From NCBI GenBank assembly GCA_030770535.1, contig JASVEC010000025.1, forward strand, positions 558,001 through 622,000: a DNA stretch of 64,000 nt. The letters run 5' to 3'. Both the position numbers and the translations under genes were made by a program. Below are positions 27,736 to 40,789 of this stretch, one piece after another. Each line of letters starts with the position of its first letter. Position 1 is the first letter of the stretch. The notes beneath the pieces are model-generated. The model searched no databases. It saw only the letters and a list, made by a program, of their open reading frames with translations, and was not told the DNA's origin. Origin of the DNA: Batkoa obscura. Taxonomy: Eukaryota.

Positions 27736-27957
27736 GTGTTTTGTATTTTTTATTAAATGTTTAATAGATATGTAATATATAATTATATAATTATTTGACT
27801 TTGTTTTTTATCAAAATAAAAACAAAATGCAAGTTTTATAACTAAACTTCGAAATGGAATTTCTAAAAACTTTAATACAATAGGGAGAAGCACATTACAT
27901 AAAAATTGTAATCCATTTACATCAATTTTATCAACTATTCATAATAACCCAGAGTTT

Positions 27958-29424
27958 ATGGAATTTTATAATAAAACAAAAAAAAGAAAAGAAATGTTAT
28001 TAAATTTTACTATTAATGATAACAGACTTAATCAAGCAATGTATAAAGTTAGTGCTTTAAAGGAAACAGGAAATAAAAACCAACAAGTAGCATTATTATC
28101 AACTATAGCTTCAGTATATTCTTTTGATGAATGTAAAAGTTTTGGATTTAATATAAATAGAAATCAATATGATTATTTAAAAATAATTAATAATAATAAA
28201 ATACCAACGTTACGACCTACTATCAAAAATACAAAAAAAATTAATGAGCAAATTGAGATTATTATACAATATTTACTTGATAATTCAACTATTTCATCAA
28301 GATTTAATAAAAAAAATAATGATAAATATTCGTCAGAGAATATATATATATTAAATAAAAGTAGAAGAATGATATACAGTAAACATTTTAATGATTTAAA
28401 AGATAAAGCAGTAGCTAGGTCAACATTTTTCAAATATATACCAAATGATTTTAAAAACCCAGCAAGAAAAACAGATTTATGTAATACATGTGTCCAGTAT
28501 ACAGTTAGAAAAAAGTTATTTGAAAATAAAATAAATACAGCGACAGGAAATAAAGCAGAGATAGAGGAATCTTTTAATAAAGAAAAAAGGTTATATAAAT
28601 TACACGAATTTTGTGTTGATACTCAAAAAAATATACTTAATGAAATTATTAAAAAATTAAATAATAAAACTTGTATAATAATTCTAGACTTTAAACAAAA
28701 TATGAGAATAGGAATGAGACCAGATCCAATAAATTTAGATCATTATAATAAACAAGCTATATCAGTATTAGGGTTTGGCATTTTATATTTAAAAAATGAT
28801 AAAACAATAGGCAAAGTTTATTTTGATTATTTATCTGAAATATTAAATCATGATTCAGCATATGTAAGAGATTGTTTAATTGATTTAATATCTAAAGAGC
28901 CTTTATTTAAAAAGTTTACAAAGATTAATATATGGGCAGATACAGGATATCATTTTAAATCTCAAGAGTTTTTACATTATGTATTTGAAGAAATTTATAA
29001 AATAAATAGTAGTTTAAATATTGATCTTAATTTTTTTGCTGAGCATCATGGAAAAAGTATAGTTGACGGACATTTTGGAAATCTTTCACAGTGGAAAAAT
29101 AATCTTGAAGCATTAAGTAAAGTAGAAGATATTGATCAACTAATTTCAAAATTTGAGATTTTTATTTGTGAACATAATAGATTTAATAACTCAACTGTCA
29201 ATAATGGGAAAACAAATATAATTTTTAAAAAGTATGAAAGAAACAAAGATGCAAAAAAAATAATAAAAATAAAAGGTATTAAAAAGTATTTACATTTTAT
29301 TAAACGTAGTAAAAAACTACACTGTTATCCAGTATCTGATAGATCAAAGAAAAGTGACATAATTCCAATTAAAGTTATAGAGTCTATAGGGAATAGAAAA
29401 ATTAAAGGATCAGCCCCAGCTTAA
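27958..29424 (+). CDS. Sola2-like DDD transposase, 488 aa, catalytic core intact
   Basis: CxxC...H motif and three candidate catalytic Asp (LDFKQN, WADTG, HGKSIVDG). Comparison with other copies suggests loss of ~44 N-terminal aa (frameshift) and a premature TAA (ancestral stop ~29526). Confidence 0.85.
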   Translation: MEFYNKTKKRKEMLLNFTINDNRLNQAMYKVSALKETGNKNQQVALLSTIASVYSFDECKSFGFNINRNQYDYLKIINNNKIPTLRPTIKNTKKINEQIEIIIQYLLDNSTISSRFNKKNNDKYSSENIYILNKSRRMIYSKHFNDLKDKAVARSTFFKYIPNDFKNPARKTDLCNTCVQYTVRKKLFENKINTATGNKAEIEESFNKEKRLYKLHEFCVDTQKNILNEIIKKLNNKTCIIILDFKQNMRIGMRPDPINLDHYNKQAISVLGFGILYLKNDKTIGKVYFDYLSEILNHDSAYVRDCLIDLISKEPLFKKFTKINIWADTGYHFKSQEFLHYVFEEIYKINSSLNIDLNFFAEHHGKSIVDGHFGNLSQWKNNLEALSKVEDIDQLISKFEIFICEHNRFNNSTVNNGKTNIIFKKYERNKDAKKIIKIKGIKKYLHFIKRSKKLHCYPVSDRSKKSDIIPIKVIESIGNRKIKGSAPA

Positions 29425-29613
29425 CTTACAAAAATAACTGAAAATTTAAAAGTTTCAATATTTACTGAGCAAGTAAGTAGCTTATTAAATGATAGAAATC
29501 AATTATTGAATGTTGATATTACTTAAATTATTGATAGCTAAGTTAATGAATAGTCAAAGAGCAAGTAGTTGTAATAATAAGTAAAAACTATTATTACACT
29601 GCTTGTGTTACAT

Positions 29614-29711
29614 GGAGGTGTTTTTTTTGGTTTCATTATTTTTTCCATTTTTTAAGCGTTATTTGAGCGGAAAGATTGCTAGTAAAATTCTTAAACAAAA
29701 AACACATCCCC
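29614..29711 (+). mobile_element. Sola2-family MITE inside S3
   Basis: TSD ACAT/ACAT. The empty site gttACATaggg is visible in S1 (~14031-14041). Confidence 0.9.
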
Positions 29712-30452
29712 ACATAGGGATGGTTAATTATAGTTTTAAATCTAACTATTCCTTTTTATGCAGCTATTTATTAACTTAGTGGTATATCAATAATGTAATT
29801 ATAACATTAAAATTGTTTATTTATTTGATAGTAAATCTGCAATGTTGGGTATAAAGCAGTTAATAATAAATATTTCTTAATAAAGTTATACAAAAATATA
29901 CATTTACTTACATATTACAACTTTGATTAATATCACTATATAGACTATATTAGTAAAAGCTTTGCTAATCCGGGAATTCATATTAAATTTTACAGAAGTT
30001 CCGCTAATTTATAATATAAATTACAACAAAATAATTTGAAAATTGGATAAAAAAATGAAACTAATTCAGACACCCCATATATTGAAATATTAAAATTTAA
30101 ATTAAATGCAGCTAAATAGCTTAATTTTTCAATTATTATATATTAATCAAAATTCAACTGATAGTTAAACTAATACATAGACAACCTATGCCTGCTGAAA
30201 CCCTAGGTAAGTCCCAATATTTCAGACAGGCATATACTATCTATGTAAGTGAATAAGCTAAAAGTTTAGTTCTAAATTTACAAATGATTGATTTATAAGC
30301 AAAAACACAAACTGAGTTTCAAAGATCAATTTTTCAAAGTGCTAAAAATTAACAAAAAGTTAAAAAGCAACAAAAAAGAAACTTAAATATTAAAGTTTAA
30401 AACAAACATTTATTAAAAAAGATTGACTGGTATGTGTTTTAGTACTAGATAT

Positions 30453-30551
30453 GGGGATGTTTTTTTTGGTTTCATCACTTTTTCCATCTTTTAAGCGCTA
30501 TTTGAGCGGAAAGATTGTTAGCAAAATTCTTAAACATAAAAATACATCCCC
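30453..30551 (+). mobile_element. Sola2-family MITE (reference copy, 99 bp)
   Basis: GGGGATGT...ACATCCCC; TSD ATAT/ATAT. Confidence 0.9.
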
Positions 30552-31003
30552 ATATGTTCCCTGATATCTCATTAGCTTACTATTAACTTATTGATATTAA
30601 ATTGATTTTTAAAATTCAAACTAAAAGTTCGATTGGTTACAAACAACAAATTGATTACGAATCGATTAATAGTGTATTAATTTGTTAGTACTATTATTTA
30701 TGTTTATTCAAAGACTCATTAAACTTAACGTTAAGCATCTATTTAAATCACATACATCGGACATCCATTTGATAACCGAATTTTAATGGCTTGTTTTCAA
30801 ACCTAACCTTTTTTTGTAGTGATTTTTATTTTTTAGTTTAATAAATGAGTATAACATATTATCAAATAAAAATAATTTATCTTACCATTGAGCTTTATTG
30901 AATTACATCATTATACTATATTTGTTAGACAATTATTTTAAAAAATCAGTTTATTAATAGAATGACTACATTCTTTTTGATTCTCTTTTATTTTCCTCAC
31001 CTC

Positions 31004-32129
31004 TTACATCATAGGACTACCAATATGGACCCCACCATCGACATTGATTGTAGCACCAGTGATATACCCTGAAGCTTTCGAAGCCAAAAAGATACAAGTG
31101 CCAGCAATTTCAATTGGTTTACCAGCTCTTTTTAATGGAATTTTACTAGTAACTAAATCCAAACCAACTTGTTCAGTAGACCCTTTTGTCATCTTGGTTT
31201 CATAAAATCCAAGTGCAATAGCATTCACTAAAACTGGTCGGGAAGCTACATGGTAAGCTAATACGCTACTAAGATGATGTACTGCCGCCTTTGATACATC
31301 ATATACAAGGCTGTTACGTCCGGGTTGTATACCTTGTAACGAACCAATGTTGATCACACGAGCTGGATCTTCGGGAGTGGAAGCTTCTTCAAGAGGGGAG
31401 AGTAAACTGTAAAGTATGTTTAGATTTTGACAATTAATTAATTAAGTTATATATTACGCTAAAGTAAAGAATAATAAAGCTTTAACATTTAAATCCATTA
31501 CACGATGGTAGGACTTGGTGGTAATTTCTTCTAAATCCGAACCCCAAGTAGCTAATTAAAGTTAATGTCATTAAATAAAGTATTTATTTTTGTCTATTGA
31601 AGTTACCTCCTGCATTGTTAATTAAAACATGAATTTCTGGATATGTTAAAATATATATAATGAAATTAAAACATTCAATTTACTCTTTTCTTTTTGTAAT
31701 AAAGTATCCACCATCTTAGTCATATCATCTTCCTTAGACATATCTCCTTGGATAAAATAACACGAACCTGGACCTAAGATAATTTCAGAATTTAGGATGC
31801 AATTTTACTAAAATCCTTATTTATTTTATACTTACCTAATTTATTTAATCTTTCACAAGTATCATGTAAATTCTGTTGTTTCCTCCCAGTTATATAAACT
31901 TTAGCTCCATTGGTAACGAATCCCTTTAGATAAAATTTCAATATTTGGATATTTTATATTGTTTCTTATTGTATACTTACTTCAGCAATGTATTCTCCTA
32001 CACTAAAAATAATGATAAAATATTAATTCCTTAGATTCTATTATTAGTTTGATATTAAATTTACCCTTTACCCCCACCAGTGACAACAACTACTTTATTT
32101 TTAACATCAAATAATGAACTATTTTCCAT
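31004..32129 (-). CDS. Classical short-chain dehydrogenase/reductase, RhlG-like (multi-exon)
   Basis: VVVVTGGGKG, LINNAG, VINIGS, YDVSK catalytic motif and YITGATINVDGG. Confidence 0.9.
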
Positions 32130-32617
32130 TGTTTATTTTTTTTAAAAAAGAAACTGGATTTTAACTTAGACGTTTTATTTCGTGACATAAAACTTTTCAT
32201 TGGTTCGGTATTTGATTTCTTTTATCCGCATCAAAGTCACACATGCATTTCCCTTTTAATCACTAATAATGTTAAGATAAAAGTTAAATTTAAAACTATA
32301 AAAATCTAATAGCTTAACTAGATTATTATGAATTACTATATTATTTTTGCACTTTACTTTGATATGTTTAATAATAATGGTTAAAATAATCAATGAATAA
32401 ACGTAGGAATTCAAAAGCAATTACAACTAATAATTTCTAAATCAAGTGATTTTACTTGCTATAATAATCCATGAAAAAAGGCTTTAAAGTTCCATCTTTT
32501 AAATTTTAAATTTCAATTTGTGAAATCAAATTGATTTTATTTTATTTTTCTTTAAGAACAACAAATATCGAAAGTAAAAGAAAGATACAAAAAAAAGGTA
32601 CAAAAAAAAGAGAAGTA

Positions 32618-33355
32618 ATGCCCCAGAACAAGAACAACATTACAAGAAATTCATTTTTAAATGCGATTGTCAACACCCCATTAACATCTTATGATTCACC
32701 AATAGACTCACCCAAAGGAACAATCAATATACCAACGAATTCTAAATTTCAATCGGGTTATATACCACCCCCAGTGACTCGACGCTGTTCAGTTATGGGT
32801 ACAGCAATCACACAAACTTCTTTATCTCATACGAAACCAAGTCATGATTTACAATTAGCACAAACCTCCATCGGATCTCAACAAGAACTGGAATATCAAT
32901 TCCAACCTATTGATTATCAACAGATGGATGCCCGATTTTATACAACATCAGAAACCACTTTAACTCAACTTGTCAAAGTATTACAAAATTCAGTAGAAAT
33001 TCAAATCTCATATAGAATTCAATCCTTAATTCAAGATTTTTTTCAATATTATTCCAAAGAATTTCCAATTATTGATGCATCTCAATTAGTTTTATTATTA
33101 AAATCCAAAATTACACCTATTAAATATCGATTGTTAGTTGCCCTCAGTGCTTGTTGTTTATTTTGTAAAAGGTTTAAAGAAAATTCAGATAGTGATAGTG
33201 AATTAAAGGAAGGTTTAGAGCTCTTTTCTTATGCTAGAAGTTTGGATGATAATGCTATTAAATTGATGCATGATGGGGATGTGGCTGCTTTATTAGCTAC
33301 TTTTTCAATTATCAGTTATATTGAAAAAAGATTCTTTAGTGTTAAAGAGGAATAG
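32618..33355 (+). CDS. Protein with fungal transcription-factor middle-homology-like region
   Basis: LIQDFFQYYSKEFPIID...LLVALSAC pattern after a disordered N-terminus. No Zn2Cys6 cluster seen. Confidence 0.5.
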   Translation: MPQNKNNITRNSFLNAIVNTPLTSYDSPIDSPKGTINIPTNSKFQSGYIPPPVTRRCSVMGTAITQTSLSHTKPSHDLQLAQTSIGSQQELEYQFQPIDYQQMDARFYTTSETTLTQLVKVLQNSVEIQISYRIQSLIQDFFQYYSKEFPIIDASQLVLLLKSKITPIKYRLLVALSACCLFCKRFKENSDSDSELKEGLELFSYARSLDDNAIKLMHDGDVAALLATFSIISYIEKRFFSVKEE

Positions 33356-33607
33356 AAGTTTTAATTGAGGGTAAATAACTGGATTATTTGAATTGGAGTT
33401 AAGAATGGGACAACAGATTTTCATTGCAATGAATTTTTTTTAATATTAAAAATTTTTCCTTTTTTATATTGAAAGTTTTTAATAATAAATAGATAATTTT
33501 TAAATAGTTCAGTTTCTTATCGTATGTTAATTTTGTTAACTTTTTTGCGTTTCTAACAAGAGACATATAGTGAAACGCAAAAAGATTACAAGAAAAATTT
33601 AAAATAT

Positions 33608-33706
33608 AGGGATGTTTTTTTGATTTCATCACTTTTTCCCTTTTTTAAGGGCTTATTTGAATGGAAAAATTATCAGTAAAATTCTTAAACAAAGAAATAT
33701 ATCCCC
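33608..33706 (+). mobile_element. Sola2-family MITE (truncated copy also at 34109-34200)
   Basis: Consensus match; ATAT flanks. Confidence 0.8.
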
Positions 33707-35636
33707 ATATAGTCATAGCTAGATTACTATCTTTCTTTCATGTTTAATAAAATCTTTATAATTTTTATTTTATTTACTAGCATTTTTGCTAAGATTTTTT
33801 ATAATTCAACAAGATGGCTTTTATTAATAGTTGACTATACTTAATATAAAATAAAAGTGTATATAACCTTTAATTAATACTATTAAATGTTGAATATTTT
33901 GTTTTTTTGTAAAAATCTTATTGAAAATTGAAAAATATTAATTCAGTATAACTAGTAAATAAAATAGCAAAACTATTTTCATTTTATTTCATTAAATCAT
34001 AAGATTTTTTCATGTTATAACTAACTTTTGCAAAAAAAAAAGCTATTTATTAAAATAAAAACGGCAAATTTTAAATTTTTTATAGCTTATAAAAATTAAA
34101 CAATATATGGGGGGTGTTTTTTTTGGTTTCATTATTTTTTCCATCTTTTAAGCGCTATTTCATCAGAAAGATTGGTAGTGAAATTCTCAAACACAAAAAT
34201 TAAGTTATTAATATACTTTATTACTTAATTCTTATTAAAATATTAATAATGATAAATATATAATGTATATTTTTAGCTTATAAAGTAATACTATTGATAA
34301 TATGTTAGCTAAAAGTTTGATTTTTATAATTTTATTTATTATTTAATATTTAATTAATATAAATGACAATAATAGTTAAAAAAGCAAAAAGTAAATTTTA
34401 ATTAAATTAAATTAGTAAAGATAAAAATAAATATAATAATATAAAATAAATTTAAAAATTAAAAATATTAGTAAATATTAAATTAGTTAAAATTATTAAT
34501 AATAATTTTAGTTTAAAAAGTATTTAAATGTTTTAATTAGTTTGTGAATAAATATATAAAAAACTAATTGTAAAATATTGTTAATTTATATAATTATTTT
34601 TTTATTATAATTATTTATTTAATATTATAAACCAGCTTAAATTAAAAGCTTTTAAATTATAAATATAATATTTTAAATGTTTTAAACCACCAAATTATAA
34701 TAAAAACATTAAAAAGGTTTATAATATATGCATATAGATATAATAGCTAAACATGTTACTTTTATTATTCTTTTGATAAATATTATAAATATTACTTTTA
34801 ATATAATTTATGCAAAAGTAATTTTATTTATAAAATGTTTTTATATAAAATATATGCTTTAATACATCTGAATATTACTGATAATAGTTAATGTTTACAT
34901 TTGATAAAACAAATAAGATAAAATTACTGATTTTCAAAAAAAAATTAATATTTAACTATTTTTGTTTTTTAAATTTTAAATAATTTAAATAATTTAATAC
35001 ATTTTATTTTACTTTAATCGAAATTCAACTTTTTTTAATAAAATAAGTTGATTACTTTTTAAAGTAAAAATTTAACAATGAAAAAGCCCACTTATAATGA
35101 TTTTTTAGAATTTTAAAATCAATAAGATTAATAAAATCTCAAAACTTCCAACTAATTCCAATAACTTATTAAATTTAGTAATTCTAATTCTGTAGAAATC
35201 GGATACGTATTTTTTTAACCTTAAAATGCGATTTAATAGTCACACATTGATATCTAAAAATTGAAATTGATATGATAGGTTCTTAATTGATGATGTCATG
35301 ACTCCTTTTATTTATAAAAATAAACTAAAAAAGAAACAAATGAAGGAATGAATTGATAAATTATATGGAAAGTTGAATTAGATTAATATAATACATTTAG
35401 TATATAAAATATCAAGATATTAGGCAATGGACTAATCACTATTAAATCATAGAGTAAATAGTGTTCTTTCAACGTATTGTTCTAAATCTTACTAATAGAA
35501 AAGAATCATTAAAAATTGAGATTTTAAATGAGACTTTCAACTTACTTTAATAAAAAAAATCTATCATTTGAAAATTAAAAAAATTAAGAAAAGTATAAAT
35601 AGGACGATTTAATAAAAATATCAAAATTTCATTTTA

Positions 35637-35706
35637 AAAAAATAAAAATAAAAATAAAAATAAAAATAAAAATAAAAATAAAAATAAAAATAAAAATAAA
35701 AATAAA
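35637..35706 (+). repeat. (AAAAAT)n microsatellite directly upstream of the ACAD start codon
   Basis: About 11 tandem AAAAAT units. Confidence 0.9.
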
Positions 35707-35713
35707 ACAAAAT

Positions 35714-37167
35714 ATGTCAATTCAACAACAATTTCAAGCCGCCACTTCAGATAGTGGATTTTTTCAAGTAAATAGAATATCCATTTAATAACCAGTCAAA
35801 ATCAACTAATAATTTCATTTAAGGAACCCGTTGAATTATCTAATGTTTATCTTTCCGATCCCGTTTTAAAAGATTTATTACTTCGTTATCTTCCATATGA
35901 ACAATATAAATTTATTGAAAAAGATTTGATTGAATTAGGAGATAAAGTTATTAATAAAGTTATTAAATTAGGTGAATTAAGTGAATATAATTTACCTTCA
36001 ATAAAACAATATGATCATTGGGGAAGGTAAAATTAATATTAAATATAAAAGTATAATAACTGAACGAATATTAATTTTATTTTATTTTATTTTATTTTAT
36101 TTTATTTTAGGAGAATTGATGAATTAAATGTTCATCCTGCTTGGACTGAATTACAGCAATTGGGTTGTGAGGAGGGGTAATAACATATAAAATAATGAAT
36201 AATAATAATAAATAATAATTTTATATTATAGATTAGTTTCCATCCCTTATGAATTACCCATCGGAGACTTATCCCGCCTTTATCAATTTAGTAAAATCTA
36301 TTTATTTACTCCAGGTAATATGGCGGATTGCCCTTTGAGTATGACGGATGGTATGTCACGCGTTATTACTAATCTTGGTACTAAAAAACAAAAAGAAGAA
36401 ATCTTAACTCATTTAATAACAAGAAATAAATGTAATTTTTATTCAGCTGGTCAATGGATGACTGAAAGGAAAGGTGGATCGGATGTTTCAGGTAGTGAAA
36501 CAATTGCTTATCAAAAGGGAGGACAATGGTTTATTGATGGTTTTAAATGGTTTTCTTCTGCTACAGATGCAAAGGTTACTTTATTGTTAGCTAGAGTTGT
36601 CGATGAGAATGGCAATGGAAAGGAGGGGAGTAGAGGTTTATCTCTGTTTTTAGCTAAAGTTAGAGATGACAATGGTAAATTAAATGGGGTTAGGTAAAAC
36701 CATTTTCATAGTAAATAATAATAACAATAATAAACAATAAAAAATAATAGAATTCATCGACTTAAAGAAAAAATTGGTACTAAAAGTTTACCAACAGCAG
36801 AATTAGAATTAAAAGGTATGAAAGCTGAATTAATTGGAGAAATTAATCGAGGGATTCCTAATATATCAAATGTGTTAATGATAACTCGAGTTCATTGTGC
36901 CTTAACATCATCTGCTGGTTTAAGAAGAGCATTTACTATAGCTAAAGAATATGCATGTAAAAGAAAGGTAAAAAATATTATTTAAAGTTGATTAAATGAA
37001 AATGAAAATATTAATGTTAATTTTTATTACTATTATAGATTGGTACTAAAAAATTATGTGAATTACCTTTACATATAATGAGCTTAGCTACAATTGAACG
37101 TAAATTAAGACAATGTACTCAATTAGCATTTTATGCTGCATATTTATTAGGAAAATATGAAAACTCC

Positions 37168-37205
<38 letters not shown>

Positions 37206-38245
37206 AGATAATCAATTAATGTTTCGATTATGTATACCCATAGCTAAAGTGTGGTGTAGTAAATATTCAGTGGATAATGTAATTTCTAGTTTGGAAGCTT
37301 TAGGGGGTTTAGGTTATATGGAAGAAATTGGAGTGGGTAAAATATTAAGAGATGTATTAGTTAATTGTATTTGGGAAGGTACAGGTAATGTAATGGGACT
37401 GGATGTGTTTAGAGCTATTCAAAGTACTAATGGAAAAGCTTGGTGGTGTTTTAGAAAAGTAAGAATAAAAGAATAAGTTTGATTATATATATACTATTAA
37501 TAAATTAATATTATTTATCATTAGGTAATTATGACCAAAGTAACTGAAAGTGTAGAAAAATTTAAAACGGAGGATTCAGGTTACGATATCTTAAGAAAGA
37601 AACAAAAAATTATTATTCAAAGTTTAAAAATGATTAATGATTTATTAACACCTATTATAAAAGATAATTTGTATACTTCATTTGATTCCATTTGTCTTTC
37701 ATTAGCTTTAGTTATGGGTAATTTATTAGTCATTACTTTATTAATGGAACAAGCTGCATTCTCATTAAACAATCATGAAATTCAAATCAAATTAAATCAT
37801 CATCAAGATTTATTATGTTTAAAATATGAATTCAATCAAGTTAAAGAAGTAATGAATCCATTAATGAAGTTAATGAAGTTGAAAATTGGGGGTGAAGATA
37901 AAAATGAGAATGAGGATATGAATTTGAAGAATGAAAAAGATAATTTAGAATTAGGAAGTGATTTTGGAGATGGGTTTGCTACTTTTATTAAATTAGAATA
38001 CAATAAAATTTATAATAAAAAACAAAATATTAAACAAATAATTAATAATCAACCATCAACAGTAACGGAATATTTGAATCAATTAAATACTAGATTTATG
38101 GATGGTAAGTTTTTTTTTTAAAGATAATAAATAATTAAATTATTAATATTTATTTATTTTTATATATTTTTTAGATTATGATTTAGTTCATCCTATTCAT
38201 CATCAAAATCAATTACCAGTATTAGGATTTAAAAGTAAGATTTAA
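35714..38245 (+). CDS. AidB/ACAD11-like acyl-CoA dehydrogenase, likely peroxisomal (multi-exon)
   Basis: CPLSMTDG, GQWMTERKGGSDV, GFKWFSSA, IHRLKEKIGTKSLPTAELEL, EALGGLGYMEE and IWEGTGNV. The last exon ends -SKI. Confidence 0.9.
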
Positions 38246-38722
38246 AAAGAATAAATAATTTTATTTTTTTATTTTTAAATAAAAAATGAAGTTGATTATT
38301 TTAATTGACTTTTATAAATACTTTTTTAAATAGTAAAAAGTAATGTAGTAAATAATGGTAGTTATAATAAAATGTTAGAAAATAGGTTATAAAGGTAAAA
38401 TATTTGTTTTATTAATGTTATAATTCAAGTAACTATACTTTAAGTTGATAATCAACTTAATAAAATTTATAATATGATATCAAAAGTAATTTATTTAATT
38501 CATTACATAATGTAAATCCCAATTATTTTATTTCAAATATCATTATTATTTCATAAAATTAAGTATAATAACAAAGTCATTTATAAAACTTTAATAATAT
38601 ATAATAAAACAATAAAGTAAAATTATTTAACATATATATTGTTTTATTATTTTAATTTTTTTTGCTAATTTAATGTATGGTTTAATTTAATAAAGTATTT
38701 TAATAAAAATTAAAATAAATAT

Positions 38723-38820
38723 GAGGATATTTTTTTTAGTTTCATCACTTTTTACATTTCTTAAGCGCTATTTTAGTGGAAAAATTGTTAGTAGATCCTT
38801 AAACAAAAAAGTACATCCTC
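38723..38820 (+). mobile_element. Sola2-family MITE
   Basis: GAGGAT...CATCCTC; TSD ATAT/ATAT. Confidence 0.8.
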
Positions 38821-39588
38821 ATATGCTTATACAAAATCTAATAAAAAAATATTTTTAATACTAATTACTAGTTTTTTTTGACATGTACAAATTTAAAAAC
38901 ATGCTTTATTAATTGAATAACAGTATAGTTTATTATTAAATTCAATAAAATGTAAATACTTTAATACTTTGTATTTTTATTATTTTTATTATGTTTATAA
39001 ATAAAAATTTCAAATTTTGAAATTAATTAATTAATGTCTTTTGTTTTACTTAATGCTTCAAAACTACTTTTCTATTGTAAAAGATTTGCAAAATGTAAAA
39101 AGTGATGAAACTAAAAAAAATGACCCCATACATTAAAAACTTATAAATTTAAAAACTTATAATTTAAATAAATTTTAAAATCAACTCAAACACCCCTGTG
39201 TAATAAATTTAAATTATTTATTAAAATTTTAAACATTCTATAATTTCTATAACTAAATAATTTATAAACTAACTTTTTTAAGCAAAAAAAAGTCAAACTT
39301 TAAGCTGAAATTATTTACAGGTAAAAATTAAAAAATAATGCAGATGTCTTAGATGAGAACTAAATCAATTGATATCGAGCATATAACTATCATAAATTGA
39401 GGCCTTTTGCTAAGTCTTAATCTGGCTAATTCCTTAAGATTAAGGAATTAGCATTTATAAAAAAAACTATTGTGTATCATTTGGCATTCTAAGATTTAAC
39501 AAATGCATGTGGTTATAAAATTTCTTATATGAAATTAACAATTTAAATAAAGCAGTATTAATTTTTATTTAATTATAAAGTATAATAA

Positions 39589-40789
39589 TTATAAAGAGCG
39601 AATTAACATTGAAAGAATACTTTCTACTTCATCAGAAAAAGACCATCTATTAGTTCTACTATTACTCATATAAGTTGTGTTAGACAGATCGTGACCATTC
39701 AAGTCATCTAAATAATTTTTAATTAAACAGTTTAAGATTTGAAATCTATTTACCATTTTTCACAAAATGTTTAAGATATATTTTTTTAAAAGCTAAGAAT
39801 ATCGTTGGATCAAACATAAATGCTATGAAGTTCAATGAACCAGTTGTACATAGTAGCATTAATGAACATTCTACTAAATGAATGCTGATTTCATCACGTA
39901 TATTGGTTTTATCATTGAAGTCATAATAAATATGCGATATGATAAATCCTGAATGTGATATTAACATTATGATAGGGTAAAGTAATCTAAAATAATAAAT
40001 ATTAAGTTAGAGATTTAAACTATACTTACAATCTATAACCAAATTGTTTCACATATCTAAGTGCACTATTATAGGAACCAGAGTCAGCAACAAATAACAT
40101 CTTTTTAGTGGTCAATACACCTTTACGCAATTTAAGTAAAACAAAACATACAACTATTAATAGATAGGCTATCGATATCATTAATGGTAGTTGAACAATG
40201 AAAAAATCAAGTTTTTTAGCAAAGTTAATATCATCTCCTGAGATATAACATCCATCGTATTCTCCAAACCCGAAGTGTCCTAACGCTTAATAATATAAAT
40301 AATTGTCAATTGAACAATATTTTTGCGTACCTAATAATGGAACCGTGCTTATTAAGCCTGCTACTATTGGAAGTATCCAATATAGAATTTCAATGTTTCT
40401 TGTTATATCAATTCTATGTAAAAAAGCAATTTGTAAATTAATCCCAATAATAGCATTAATTAAGGCATAAACTAAAGGGAAAAAGGCTTGTTGCCATCCA
40501 AGGAAAGTACACATGATTCCAGCATCTTTAATTTCCCTACTCCAAAACGGCATTGTATGAAGCCATATATCATAAAATGAGATAGCGATCTGTAAACGTA
40601 ATGATATTCTATCCACAAGCTTCTTTTTATATAAGGCTTAAATAATTAGTAGCTGGTGACTATCATACTAATGGACTTACTTAAACTGGTCATAACGATT
40701 ATGATAGATCCAGATAGGCTACCTGAGATAATTGAACTGATAGGGTAGAAATCCTTATATAAAAAGTTATAAAGTGGGGTGTCTTGCAT
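39589..40789 (-). CDS. 7TM receptor paralogue G1 (cAMP-receptor/Git3-like); 3' exon uncertain
   Basis: DRISLRLQIAIS, CTFLG, GINLQ and LNFIAFMFDP; exon layout shared with G2-G5. Confidence 0.75.

Larger units (their letters stand above)
27736..30076 (+). mobile_element. Sola2-like copy S3 lacking the left TIR
   Basis: Near-identical to S1; right TIR TGAAACTAATTCAGACACCCC followed by ATAT. Confidence 0.85.

Noticed and set aside
27558..27764. Small ORFs inside the LTR-like element (also 24279-24473)
   Set aside because: Not conserved as open frames among copies.
34200..35050. Extremely AT-rich tracts (also 57330-57900, 60000-60420) as Tc1-like relics or centromeric DNA
   Set aside because: Only faint motif impressions; they cannot be assigned without a search.
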